Positions 10,243 to 22,657 of a stretch of 64,000 nt of DNA are shown piece by piece. Source of the stretch: Polyangiales bacterium (GTDB lineage: Bacteria; Myxococcota_A; Polyangia; Polyangiales; Ga0077539); NCBI GenBank assembly GCA_044229975.1, contig JBGARZ010000002.1, positions 192,001 to 256,000 on the forward strand, given 5' to 3'. Below the pieces are notes generated by a model. That model saw only the letters and a list, made by a program, of their open reading frames with translations. It was not told where the DNA came from and did no database searches. The position numbers were made by a program, and so were the translations under genes. The number at the start of each line of letters is the position of its first letter. The stretch's first letter is position 1.

Positions 10243-11101
10243 CGCGCGTGTCCTCCAGCCATCGCACGAGGTGCGCGTTGACGATCTCGGGCTGCTCCTG
10301 TTGGAGGAAGTGACCGCAGCGCGGCACGCGCTGGATGCGTAGATCACGGGCGAAGCGCGAGTGCGGCGCGAGCAGGTCGATGCCGAGCACCCGGTCTTCC
10401 TCCGCCCAGAGCAGGAGCCCGGGCTGCTCGATGACGGGGTACGGCGCGACGTCGAGCGCGCCGCGAAGCACCGCGCGGTAGTAGGCCAGCATCGGGGCCA
10501 CGGCCTCCGGGGTGGAGGCGCTCTCGCGAAACGGCGCGACGGCCTCCGGGGTGAAACGCGAGGGGTCGACGGCCATCCCGCGAAAGGTGCGCTCGACCGC
10601 CACGCCGTGGTCGCGCGACAGCAGACGCTCGGGCAGCCACGGCAGGTTGAACATGAACATGTACCAGCTCCGACGGAGCTGCCCCGGCGAGCGCAGGAGG
10701 GCGTTGCGCAGGACGGCGGGGTGCGGGCAGTTGAGCGCCGCGTAGCGCGACACCTTCGCGGGGTGACGGCTCACCACCTCCCAGGTGAGCGCCGCGCCCC
10801 AGTCGTGTCCGATGACGGTCGCGGTGTCCTCGCCGAGCGCGCCGATGAGCTCCGCGAGGTCGCGCCCGAGGTTGGCGATCTCGTAGCCGTCGGTGGGCTT
10901 GTCGCTCAGGCCATAGCCGCGCAGGTCTGGGGCGACCACGCGGTAGCCCGCGGCGGCGATGGCCGGAATCTGCGCGCGCCACGAAAACCACCGCTCGGGA
11001 AACCCGTGCACCAGCAGCACCAGCGGACCGTTGCCCTGGGTCGCGTAGTGAAACCGCACTCCGTTGGCCACCACGCTCGACTCGATCAGCGCACCACTCA
11101 T
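10229..11101 (-). CDS. Alpha/beta hydrolase, epoxide-hydrolase family
   Basis: HGFPE, PDLRGYG, GHDWG (Asp nucleophile) and CGHFLQQE motifs. Confidence 0.92.
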   Translation of the reverse strand: MSGALIESSVVANGVRFHYATQGNGPLVLLVHGFPERWFSWRAQIPAIAAAGYRVVAPDLRGYGLSDKPTDGYEIANLGRDLAELIGALGEDTATVIGHDWGAALTWEVVSRHPAKVSRYAALNCPHPAVLRNALLRSPGQLRRSWYMFMFNLPWLPERLLSRDHGVAVERTFRGMAVDPSRFTPEAVAPFRESASTPEAVAPMLAYYRAVLRGALDVAPYPVIEQPGLLLWAEEDRVLGIDLLAPHSRFARDLRIQRVPRCGHFLQQEQPEIVNAHLVRWLEDTRVTAP

Positions 11102-11179
11102 TCGTCGCTTCCCTGCTCCTTCGCGCGCACGGTACAACGGCGCCGCAAACGTCGACGCGCCAAGAGGAGTTCCCACGCC

Positions 11180-11938
<759 letters not shown>

Positions 11939-11951
11939 AACCGCGACCCTC

Positions 11952-12713
11952 ATGGACCCCAACCGGCTGCGCGAGCTGCTCGAACAGGTAGGCACCGGGG
12001 CGCTCTCCGTCGACGCAGCGATGACGGGGCTGCGCGACCTGCCCTTCGTCGACCTCGGATACGCCACCGTCGACCATCACCGGGCGTTGCGGCAGGGCAT
12101 CCCCGAGGTGATCCTCGGTGAGGGCAAGACAGCCGCGCAGATCGTCGGCATCACCGAAGAACTCTCGCGCCGCTCGGCCAACGTCCTCATCACCCGCATC
12201 GACCCCGAGAAGGCCGCGGCGGTGCGCGCCCATCTCCCCGCGGTGCAACATCACGCGGTCGCCCGCATCGCGACGCTGGAGACGCATGCGATCCCTCCGC
12301 TCGGCGCCAACCCCGTGGCGGTGATCTGCGCGGGCACCTCCGACGCGCCCGTCGCCGAAGAGGCGTGCGAGACGCTGCGGATGTTCGGCGTCTCGGTCGA
12401 GCGCGTGTACGACGTGGGCGTCGCGGGCATCCATCGCCTGCTCGCGCGCCGCGCGGTGTTCGACCGCTGCTCGGTGGCCATCGTGGTCGCGGGCATGGAG
12501 GGCGCGCTCCCGAGCGCGGTCGGCGGGATGGTATCCATCCCGGTGATCGCCGTGCCGACCTCGGTGGGCTACGGCGCGGCGCTCGGTGGCCTCGCGGCGC
12601 TCGCGTCGATGCTCACGAGCTGCGCGTCGGGCGTGACCGTCTGCAACATCGACAACGGCTTCGGTGCGGCCTTCGCGGCCGCTCGCATCCTCCAGAGCGC
12701 CGCGCGCTACTGA
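11952..12713 (+). CDS. larB: Nickel-pincer cofactor biosynthesis protein LarB (PurE-like)
   Basis: DHHRALRQGIPEVI, AGTSD, DVGVAGIHRL, AGMEGALPS, PTSVGYG and NIDNGFGAA motifs. Confidence 0.9.
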   Translation: MDPNRLRELLEQVGTGALSVDAAMTGLRDLPFVDLGYATVDHHRALRQGIPEVILGEGKTAAQIVGITEELSRRSANVLITRIDPEKAAAVRAHLPAVQHHAVARIATLETHAIPPLGANPVAVICAGTSDAPVAEEACETLRMFGVSVERVYDVGVAGIHRLLARRAVFDRCSVAIVVAGMEGALPSAVGGMVSIPVIAVPTSVGYGAALGGLAALASMLTSCASGVTVCNIDNGFGAAFAAARILQSAARY

Positions 12714-12754
12714 GCGCCGGCGAGCGCGCGAAGGGCGCCGTCTACCGACGCTGA

Positions 12755-12796
12755 AATGAAGACAGCCGGTGTGACCTTGAGGGGTCCACCGGCTGT
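12755..12796 (-). terminator. Stem-loop downstream of tRNA-Val and convergent larB
   Basis: ACAGCCGGTG (12762-12771) pairs with CACCGGCTGT (12787-12796); followed by CTTCATTT on the minus strand. Confidence 0.6.
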
Positions 12797-12804
12797 GGTT
12801 CTTG

Positions 12805-12876
12805 TACGGGCAGTAGGATTTGAACCTACGACTTCGACCGTGTGAAGGTCGCACTCTACCGCTGAGTTATGCCCGC
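12805..12876 (-). tRNA. tRNA-Val (anticodon CAC)
   Basis: Acceptor GCGGGCA/TGCCCGT, anticodon arm CGACC-TTCACAC-GGTCG, T-loop GTTCAAATC; CCA not encoded (CAA); TTGACA upstream at 12918-12913. Confidence 0.95.
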
Positions 12877-12944
12877 GGAGGGACCGGATGGATACTCCCG
12901 GCCCCGTTGATCTGTCAACGAAGAATCATCGCGCCGAAGCGCGC

Positions 12945-13385
12945 TCAGTCTTCGGGACGGTTGTGCACGAGCACGCGACTCGCGCCGTCGAAGTGCACCT
13001 CGATCTTGTCGTCGGCGAGCACGGTGGTGACCACGCCGGTGCCGAAGACCTTGTGGGAGACCCACTGGTCCTTGGCGAACTTCTCCGTCATCCGGTAGCT
13101 GTGGATGCGGGCGCCCGGCGGCGGAGCGATGGTGATGTGCTCCTCCGGGTCGCTCTTCTTCGGCTTCGCCGGCCGCGGAACATTCACTGCCCCCGTCGCC
13201 TTCGCCGTCTTGTCGGCGGGCACCGCGCTCGACTTGGGCGCGCGGTAGTTGTGGGTGCCGTAGCAGGTACGGCACTCCACCTTGACGGGCTTGTTGCCCA
13301 CCACCGCTATGATGCGGTGCGTGAGGTCCATACGGCAGCGCGTGCAGTACGCGTCGATCTCGATCCCAGCCTTCAGCAGGGCCAT
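12945..13385 (-). CDS. Hypothetical protein: Zn-finger plus C-terminal Tudor/SH3-like domain
   Basis: CTRC...CRTC...H motif; C-terminal WVSHKVFGTGVV...IEVHF; start re-picked at 13385. Confidence 0.8.
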   Translation of the reverse strand: MALLKAGIEIDAYCTRCRMDLTHRIIAVVGNKPVKVECRTCYGTHNYRAPKSSAVPADKTAKATGAVNVPRPAKPKKSDPEEHITIAPPPGARIHSYRMTEKFAKDQWVSHKVFGTGVVTTVLADDKIEVHFDGASRVLVHNRPED

Positions 13386-13459
13386 TTCGGTGTCGCTCCA
13401 ACGGGGGCACCGCGCGCTGCTGGTGCGCCCTCGCGCCGTCGTGCTAGCAGCCTCGGGGC

Positions 13460-14320
13460 ATGACCGTAAAGCCCTCATCGACATCGCCCGTCGCGCGCCT
13501 CGTGTCGGTGATGCAGCGCCTGCTCGCATCCGACGGCTGTCCGTGGGATCGCGAGCAGACCCTGAGCTCCCTCAAGCGCTACTCCGTCGAGGAGGCTTTC
13601 GAGGTCTGCGACGCCATCGACGGCCTCGGCGACGACGCGAAGCGGGCGATTACACAGTCGGGTGAAATCACCCACGGCGCCGACGACCCCGCCGTCGCGC
13701 ACCACCGCGAAGAGCTCGGCGACCTCCTGCTCCAGGTGGTGTTTCAGAGCGAGCTCGCGCGCGCCTTCGGGTGGTTCACGCTGGAGCACGTGGTGCACGA
13801 CATCTGCGAGAAGATGGAGCGGCGGCACCCGCACGTGTTCGGCGACGAGAAGGTCGACGGCTCGGCCGAGGTGCTCTCGAACTGGGAGAAGCTGAAGCTC
13901 GCCGAGAAGAAGGGTCGCGGGCTGTTGGAGGGCATTCCCCGTGGAATGCCAGCGCTGCTCTTCGCGCTGCGCATGGGCGACAAGGCGTCGCGGGTGGGCT
14001 TCGACTGGCCCGACGCCACGGGGCCGCGCGCGCGCATCGACGAGGAGCTCGCCGAGTTCGACGCGGCGGTGGCGTCGGGCGACCGCGAGGCGATGACCGA
14101 CGAGCTCGGCGACGTGCTCTTCTCGGTGGTCAACACGGCGCGCAAGCAGGGCATCGACCCGGAGGACGCCCTCACCCGCTGCAACCGTCGCTTCGCGTCG
14201 CGCTTCGCCCGCGTCGAGGCGCTCGCGAAGGCCGACGGTCGCGCCATCGACGCGCACAGCGAGGCGGAGCTCGAAGCGTACTGGCAGCAGGCCAAGGCCG
14301 ACGAGCGCGCGGGCCGCTGA
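13460..14320 (+). CDS. mazG: Nucleoside triphosphate pyrophosphohydrolase MazG
   Basis: GCPWDREQT, EELGDLLLQVVF, RRHPHVFG, GFDW and ELGDVLFS motifs; tandem MazG domains. Confidence 0.95.
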   Translation: MTVKPSSTSPVARLVSVMQRLLASDGCPWDREQTLSSLKRYSVEEAFEVCDAIDGLGDDAKRAITQSGEITHGADDPAVAHHREELGDLLLQVVFQSELARAFGWFTLEHVVHDICEKMERRHPHVFGDEKVDGSAEVLSNWEKLKLAEKKGRGLLEGIPRGMPALLFALRMGDKASRVGFDWPDATGPRARIDEELAEFDAAVASGDREAMTDELGDVLFSVVNTARKQGIDPEDALTRCNRRFASRFARVEALAKADGRAIDAHSEAELEAYWQQAKADERAGR

Positions 14321-15273
14321 TGCGCGCGCGGTGGGGTCTCGTCGCGGCGCTGGGGCTTGCGCTCGGGTGTGACCTCGACGAGCTGCTCGGGCCCTTCATC
14401 GAGCGTCGACCGGGCCTGCCGACGGCCGCTCCGACGGTCGGACCTGCACCCGCGCCCGGAGTGATGCCGGGGCCCGCGGTGCCGGCGGGGTCGAGCGTTC
14501 ATCTGTTGTTGGGTGCGCCGACGGACGCGTCGCCGCAGGACGAGATCGTGCTGGTGAAGCCGCAGTACGTCGTCTCGTACAACCGCTTCCGCAACGACCC
14601 CAACTGGGTCGCGTGGCACCTGACGGCGGGCGACATCGGCAACGTCGGTCGAACGCGGCGCACCTTCTCGCCCGACCCGCAGCTACCCGCCGGCGTCTAT
14701 CAGGTGCACCACGGCGACTACTCGGGGAGCGGCTACGACCACGGTCACCTGTGTCCCTCGCACGAGCGCACGGCGACGGTGGAGGACAACGCCGCGACCT
14801 TCCTCACGACCAACATCGTCCCGCAGCGGCACGCCATCAACGCGGGCGCGTGGGAGGCGCTGGAGCGCTGGTCGGTCGACAAGGTGCGCGAGGGCTGGGA
14901 CCTCTTCATCGTGGCGGGCGGCGTATGGGACGCGGCGTGCGCGACGGACCGGACGCCGACAGGCAACGTCCCGACGGAGGGTTGCCCGTCGGTCGGGCGG
15001 AGCTTCGACGTGGCGCGGCGGGTCGCGATCCCGACGGCGACGTGGAAGGTGATCGTGGTGGTTCCGCAGGGGCAGGGGTTGGCGGCGGTGACGGCGGCGA
15101 CCCAGGTGGTGGCGGTGGAGATGCCCAACGAGGGAGAGGGCGGCGGCCGCGACTGGCAGCGCTACGTGACCACCGTCGACGCGCTGGAGGCGCGCACGGG
15201 ATACGACCTCCTCACGAGCGTGTTGCCGCAGGTGCAGCAGGCCATCGAAGCACGCGCGTACACGGGACCGTGA
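14320..15273 (+). CDS. DNA/RNA non-specific endonuclease (NucA-like), lipoprotein
   Basis: Lipobox LALGC; PNWVAW, YDHGHLCPS and TFLTTNIVPQ...N..W..LE motifs; ATG overlaps mazG stop (TGATG). Confidence 0.92.
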   Translation: MRARWGLVAALGLALGCDLDELLGPFIERRPGLPTAAPTVGPAPAPGVMPGPAVPAGSSVHLLLGAPTDASPQDEIVLVKPQYVVSYNRFRNDPNWVAWHLTAGDIGNVGRTRRTFSPDPQLPAGVYQVHHGDYSGSGYDHGHLCPSHERTATVEDNAATFLTTNIVPQRHAINAGAWEALERWSVDKVREGWDLFIVAGGVWDAACATDRTPTGNVPTEGCPSVGRSFDVARRVAIPTATWKVIVVVPQGQGLAAVTAATQVVAVEMPNEGEGGGRDWQRYVTTVDALEARTGYDLLTSVLPQVQQAIEARAYTGP

Positions 15274-15376
15274 GGCAGCGCCTTCGACGACGGAGTCGGC
15301 GGAAGTCGTTGACGGTTTTCGGCGGTTGCAGAGAGCATCGCGCGTCGCAAACGGTGCGACGGAGGGATGGAGATCC

Positions 15377-15766
15377 ATGAGCAACTGGGCCGGGCTTCAA
15401 GAGTGGGCGCGCGAGAACTACACCCTCGAAAACGACGAGGACGACTGGTTCGCGCTCACGGTCGAGTACGAGGACGGGCGATCGCAGAAGGTCGTGGTCT
15501 CGCACTTCTCGTACCTCGACAGCGACTGGGCGGAGATCCGCTCGGCCATCTGCGAGGAGAGCGAGATGAGCCCCAAGCTCGCCCTCAAGAAGAACGCCGA
15601 GTTCGCCATCGGCGGCATCGGCCTGAAGGACGGTCGGTACTACCTGTTCTACAGCGTGCCGCTCGACGACCTGAGCGAGGACGAGTTCACGGTGCCGCTC
15701 AACGCCATCGCGGCGTCGGCCGACCGGCTGGAGTCATCTCACTCGGGCGGCGACGACGACTTCTGA
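15377..15766 (+). CDS. Small acidic hypothetical protein (YbjN/T3SS-chaperone-like fold suspected)
   Basis: 129 aa, very acidic; GRSQKVVV...ALKKN...IGGI...ADRLE pattern. Confidence 0.7.
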   Translation: MSNWAGLQEWARENYTLENDEDDWFALTVEYEDGRSQKVVVSHFSYLDSDWAEIRSAICEESEMSPKLALKKNAEFAIGGIGLKDGRYYLFYSVPLDDLSEDEFTVPLNAIAASADRLESSHSGGDDDF

Positions 15767-15767
15767 T

Positions 15768-15818
15768 CTCTTCCGCTGCACCGGCACCCCCAGGAAAGGT
15801 GCCGATGCAGCGTGGAGA
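15768..15818. terminator. Long hairpin between convergent CDS and tRNA-Glu
   Basis: GCTGCA-C-CGGCACC ... GGTGCCG-A-TGCAGC inverted repeat. Confidence 0.55.
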
Positions 15819-15822
15819 TGGT

Positions 15823-15898
15823 TGGTGTCCCCAAGGGGAGTCGAACCCCTGTTCGCGACGTGAAAAGCCGCTGTCCTGGGCCTCTAGACGATGGGGAC
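15823..15898 (-). tRNA. tRNA-Glu (anticodon TTC)
   Basis: GTCCCCA...TGGGGAC-A-CCA; anticodon arm GCGGC-TTTTCAC-GTCGC; GTTCGAC T-loop; upstream TTGCAA-16-TAGCTT. Confidence 0.96.
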
Positions 15899-16020
15899 AG
15901 AGCGCGGCGCAAGCTACCCGAACGCCGTTCGATTGCAACCACTTCCTACGCACTCGCGACGTTCTTCCATTCCCCTCCCGCCTTGACGGTGATGCGCCCG
16001 GCGTGATGCACCGTCGGGCG

Positions 16021-16785
16021 ATGCCACAGCCGCCGCACCGCCCTCCCCCGCAGCGCCAACGCTTCGAGCGACCGCCCGTCAAGGTGCACACCACCACGCT
16101 CTGGGACTACCCCTCGCAGCAGCACGGCGACGGCGACCAAGGGGACAAGAACTACGTCGGCGCCACGCCCTCGCACGTCATCTGGAACGTCCTCCGCCGC
16201 TACTCCCAGGAGGGCGACGTCGTCATCGATCCCTTCTGCGGGAGCGGCACCACCCTCGACGTCGCGACCGAGCTCAAGCGCCAGGGCCTCGGCTTCGACC
16301 TCAACCCCACGCGCCCCGAGATCACCCGCGCCGACGCGCGCAAGCTGCCCGTCGAGTCCGAGTCCGCTCAGGTGGTCTTCATGGACCCGCCGTACGGCGA
16401 TCACATCGACTACTCCGACGACCCGCGCTGCATCGGTAAGCTGTCGGCTTACGATCCCAGGTATTTCCAGGCCATGGGCGCGGCCTTCGACGAAGCCTTT
16501 CGCGTGCTCAAGCCGGGCGGCGTGCTCGCGGTCTACGTGTGCGACTACTTCGAGACCAAGAAGGGCCTCGCCCCGGTCGGCTTCGGCCTCTTCTCGCTCT
16601 TCACGATGCGCTTCGTGCCCATCGACATCGTGTCCGTCGTGCGGCGCAACAAGAGCCTGCTCAAGGGCAACTTCCACCAGGCCGCCGAGCGGGACAACTT
16701 CTTCCTCCGCGGGTTCAACTACCTCTTCCTCGCGCGCAAGCCCGACGAGGCGCCGCGCCGCCGCGATCGACGCTCAGCGCGATAG
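16021..16785 (+). CDS. Orphan amino-methyltransferase (N6-A/N4-C DNA or RNA MTase family)
   Basis: Motif I DPFCGSGTT followed by motif IV DPPY. Confidence 0.85.
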   Translation: MPQPPHRPPPQRQRFERPPVKVHTTTLWDYPSQQHGDGDQGDKNYVGATPSHVIWNVLRRYSQEGDVVIDPFCGSGTTLDVATELKRQGLGFDLNPTRPEITRADARKLPVESESAQVVFMDPPYGDHIDYSDDPRCIGKLSAYDPRYFQAMGAAFDEAFRVLKPGGVLAVYVCDYFETKKGLAPVGFGLFSLFTMRFVPIDIVSVVRRNKSLLKGNFHQAAERDNFFLRGFNYLFLARKPDEAPRRRDRRSAR

Positions 16786-17643
16786 CCGCGGCAGCGGTTC
16801 GATGCCCAGCACGTCGGCCCGCTCGCGCAGCATCACCGCCACCACCCGCGCCATCGCCAGCGGGAAGAACACCAGCACGGCATCCGCCACCATCTGCAGG
16901 GTCTTGCCCGCCGCCCACAGCACGGACGTGAGCGCGCCGCTGACCCGCACCGCGAACCACCACGACGCAAACCAGGTGAAGGTCAGGAGCGCCAGCACGC
17001 CCACCGTGGTCGCGTACTCGCGCGGGATGCGCGTCACCAGCGCCACCATCGGCATCGGGTTGACCGCCCGCACGAAGGACCCCTCGAAGGCCACCGAGGC
17101 GATCGCCGCGGGCGCCAGCGCGACCGCCCACAGGGCGCTCAACAGGAGCGCGAAGAGCTGCACCGCGCCGCTCAGGTAGACGACGGAGAGCACCATCGGC
17201 AGCAGCGGGATGAACAGCGCGGCGGCGCTCTGGAGCAGCGGGATCACCAGCGACCACCAGTTGACGAAGTCGGCCATGGCGGGCGCGTCCTCCTCGCCCC
17301 GCGAGCCGCGCTGGATCACCACGAACAGGTAGCTCCACAGGGCGCCCGACGACAGCAGGCCGCCCACCACGGGCACCTTGCTGAAGAGCGTCACGCCGAC
17401 GCCGAGCGCCGCCCAGGTGATCCAGTTGTCGCCCATCGCGGGCCACTTCACCGCCTCGGTGAGCTGGTCGGTGAGAGAGCGTTCGACCTTCGTGACGACC
17501 TCGCGCGTCACCATCCCGCAGGCGGGGCACACGAGCAGCGTTCCGGAGCCCGCGGTGACGGAGCGGCACTCGCTCGACGGGCGCTCCGCCTCGCAGCGGC
17601 GGCAGTAGCGAAGGGGCACATCGATGACGGCTGGGCTGTTCAT
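16774..17643 (-). CDS. Membrane protein with N-terminal Zn-ribbon
   Basis: CRRC...CPAC motif, then about 6 hydrophobic helices. Confidence 0.75.
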   Translation of the reverse strand: MNSPAVIDVPLRYCRRCEAERPSSECRSVTAGSGTLLVCPACGMVTREVVTKVERSLTDQLTEAVKWPAMGDNWITWAALGVGVTLFSKVPVVGGLLSSGALWSYLFVVIQRGSRGEEDAPAMADFVNWWSLVIPLLQSAAALFIPLLPMVLSVVYLSGAVQLFALLLSALWAVALAPAAIASVAFEGSFVRAVNPMPMVALVTRIPREYATTVGVLALLTFTWFASWWFAVRVSGALTSVLWAAGKTLQMVADAVLVFFPLAMARVVAVMLRERADVLGIEPLPRLSR

Positions 17644-17685
17644 GGCTTCGGGCTCCAGAGCCTCCTACGGATCGCCGCGCCGCGC

Positions 17686-17730
17686 TTGACGCCTTCACCA
17701 TCGACGAGTAGTTCATCCGTTCATCTGGAT
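17686..17730 (+). promoter_or_regulatory. Promoter of sahR-metH with a SahR-like operator
   Basis: TTGACG-17-TAGTTC, followed immediately by imperfect palindrome ATCCGTTCATCTGGAT (ATC-N10-GAT, 17715-17730). Confidence 0.6.
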
Positions 17731-17740
17731 AGGCGAATAG

Positions 17741-18700
17741 ATGTCTCTCCCCCGCTATGTTGGCGCGCTCAACCTGCTCGGAGACGAGAGCCGCATCCGG
17801 CTGTGCGCGCTCTTGCGCGAGCGGGAGCTCAGCGTGACCGACCTCGTGCGCGTGACGGGCATCTCGCAGTCGCGGGTCTCGACGCACCTCGCTCGGCTCC
17901 GCGAGGGCGGCTTCGTGCGCGACCGGCGCGAGGGGCAGCACGCGTTCTATGCGCTGGCCGTGGACGCGCTGCCGACGACGGTGCGGGCGGTGCTCGACGA
18001 GGCCATCGGCGCGGGCGATCCGACGCTCGAAGGCGACCAGAAGAGACTGCACACGCTCGACTCCGAGCGGCGCGGCGGACTGCCCGAGTCCTTCGCGGGC
18101 GAGATGGAGCGGCACTACTCACCGGGTCGCACGTGGCAATCGCTGGCGGTGGGCTTCGCGGCGCTCTCGCGCCTCGGCGACGTGCTCGACGTGGGCTCCG
18201 GCGACGGCGCTGCGGCCAGTTCGCTCGCGCCCCACTGCCGCACGCTCACCTGCGTCGATACGAGCCCGCGCATGATCGACGCCGCCCGCGAGCGCCTCAC
18301 CCGCTGCGCCCACGTCCGCGCGGTGGTGGCCGACGCGCAGGCGCTCCCCTTCGCGGCGGAGTCCTTCGACGCCGCGCTGCTCTTCCACACGCTGACCTAC
18401 GCCGAGCGCCCCGAGGCCGTGCTCGCCGAGTGCGCGCGTGTGCTGCGCCCCGGCGGCCGCGTGGTGGTGCTCTGCCTCGACGCGCACCGGCAGCGGGAGG
18501 TCACGGCGCCCTTCGGCGAGCGTCACCCGGGCTTCTCTCCCGAGGCGGTGCGCGCGCTGCTCTCGGGCGCGGGGCTCGCGGTGGTGTCGTCCGAGGTGAC
18601 GTGCCGCGAGTCCAAGAAGCCTCACTTCCAGGTGGTGCTCGCCATCGCCGACAAGCCCGTTCCGTCTCCCACGAAACCCCATCGCACCCGCGCAGGTTGA
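17741..18700 (+). CDS. sahR: ArsR-family regulator fused to SAM-methyltransferase domain (SahR-type)
   Basis: ArsR HTH (SQSRVSTHLARLRE); YSPGRTW; VLDVGSGDG; 3 nt upstream of metH. Confidence 0.85.
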   Translation: MSLPRYVGALNLLGDESRIRLCALLRERELSVTDLVRVTGISQSRVSTHLARLREGGFVRDRREGQHAFYALAVDALPTTVRAVLDEAIGAGDPTLEGDQKRLHTLDSERRGGLPESFAGEMERHYSPGRTWQSLAVGFAALSRLGDVLDVGSGDGAAASSLAPHCRTLTCVDTSPRMIDAARERLTRCAHVRAVVADAQALPFAAESFDAALLFHTLTYAERPEAVLAECARVLRPGGRVVVLCLDAHRQREVTAPFGERHPGFSPEAVRALLSGAGLAVVSSEVTCRESKKPHFQVVLAIADKPVPSPTKPHRTRAG

Positions 18701-18703
18701 TCC

Positions 18704-22522
<3,819 letters not shown>

Positions 22523-22657
22523 CGCTGCGAAGGGGGCGACGCAGCCGTTGCGACCGATGTGCAGCGGCCTTCGCACGGTGACAGCCCTTCGGGCCGTCGG
22601 TATGGTCCGCGCCCTTCCGACGACCCTTCACCCGTTCTTCATAGGACACGACACCCG

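Noticed and set aside
12802..12804. tRNA-Val lacking encoded CCA taken as a pseudogene
   Set aside because: Cloverleaf and promoter are intact; CCA is commonly added post-transcriptionally
12805..17643. Possible tRNA-anchored genomic island (nuclease and methylase near two tRNAs)
   Set aside because: No integrase, no duplicated tRNA 3' end seen, host-like composition; the nuclease is a secreted non-specific type, not a restriction enzyme
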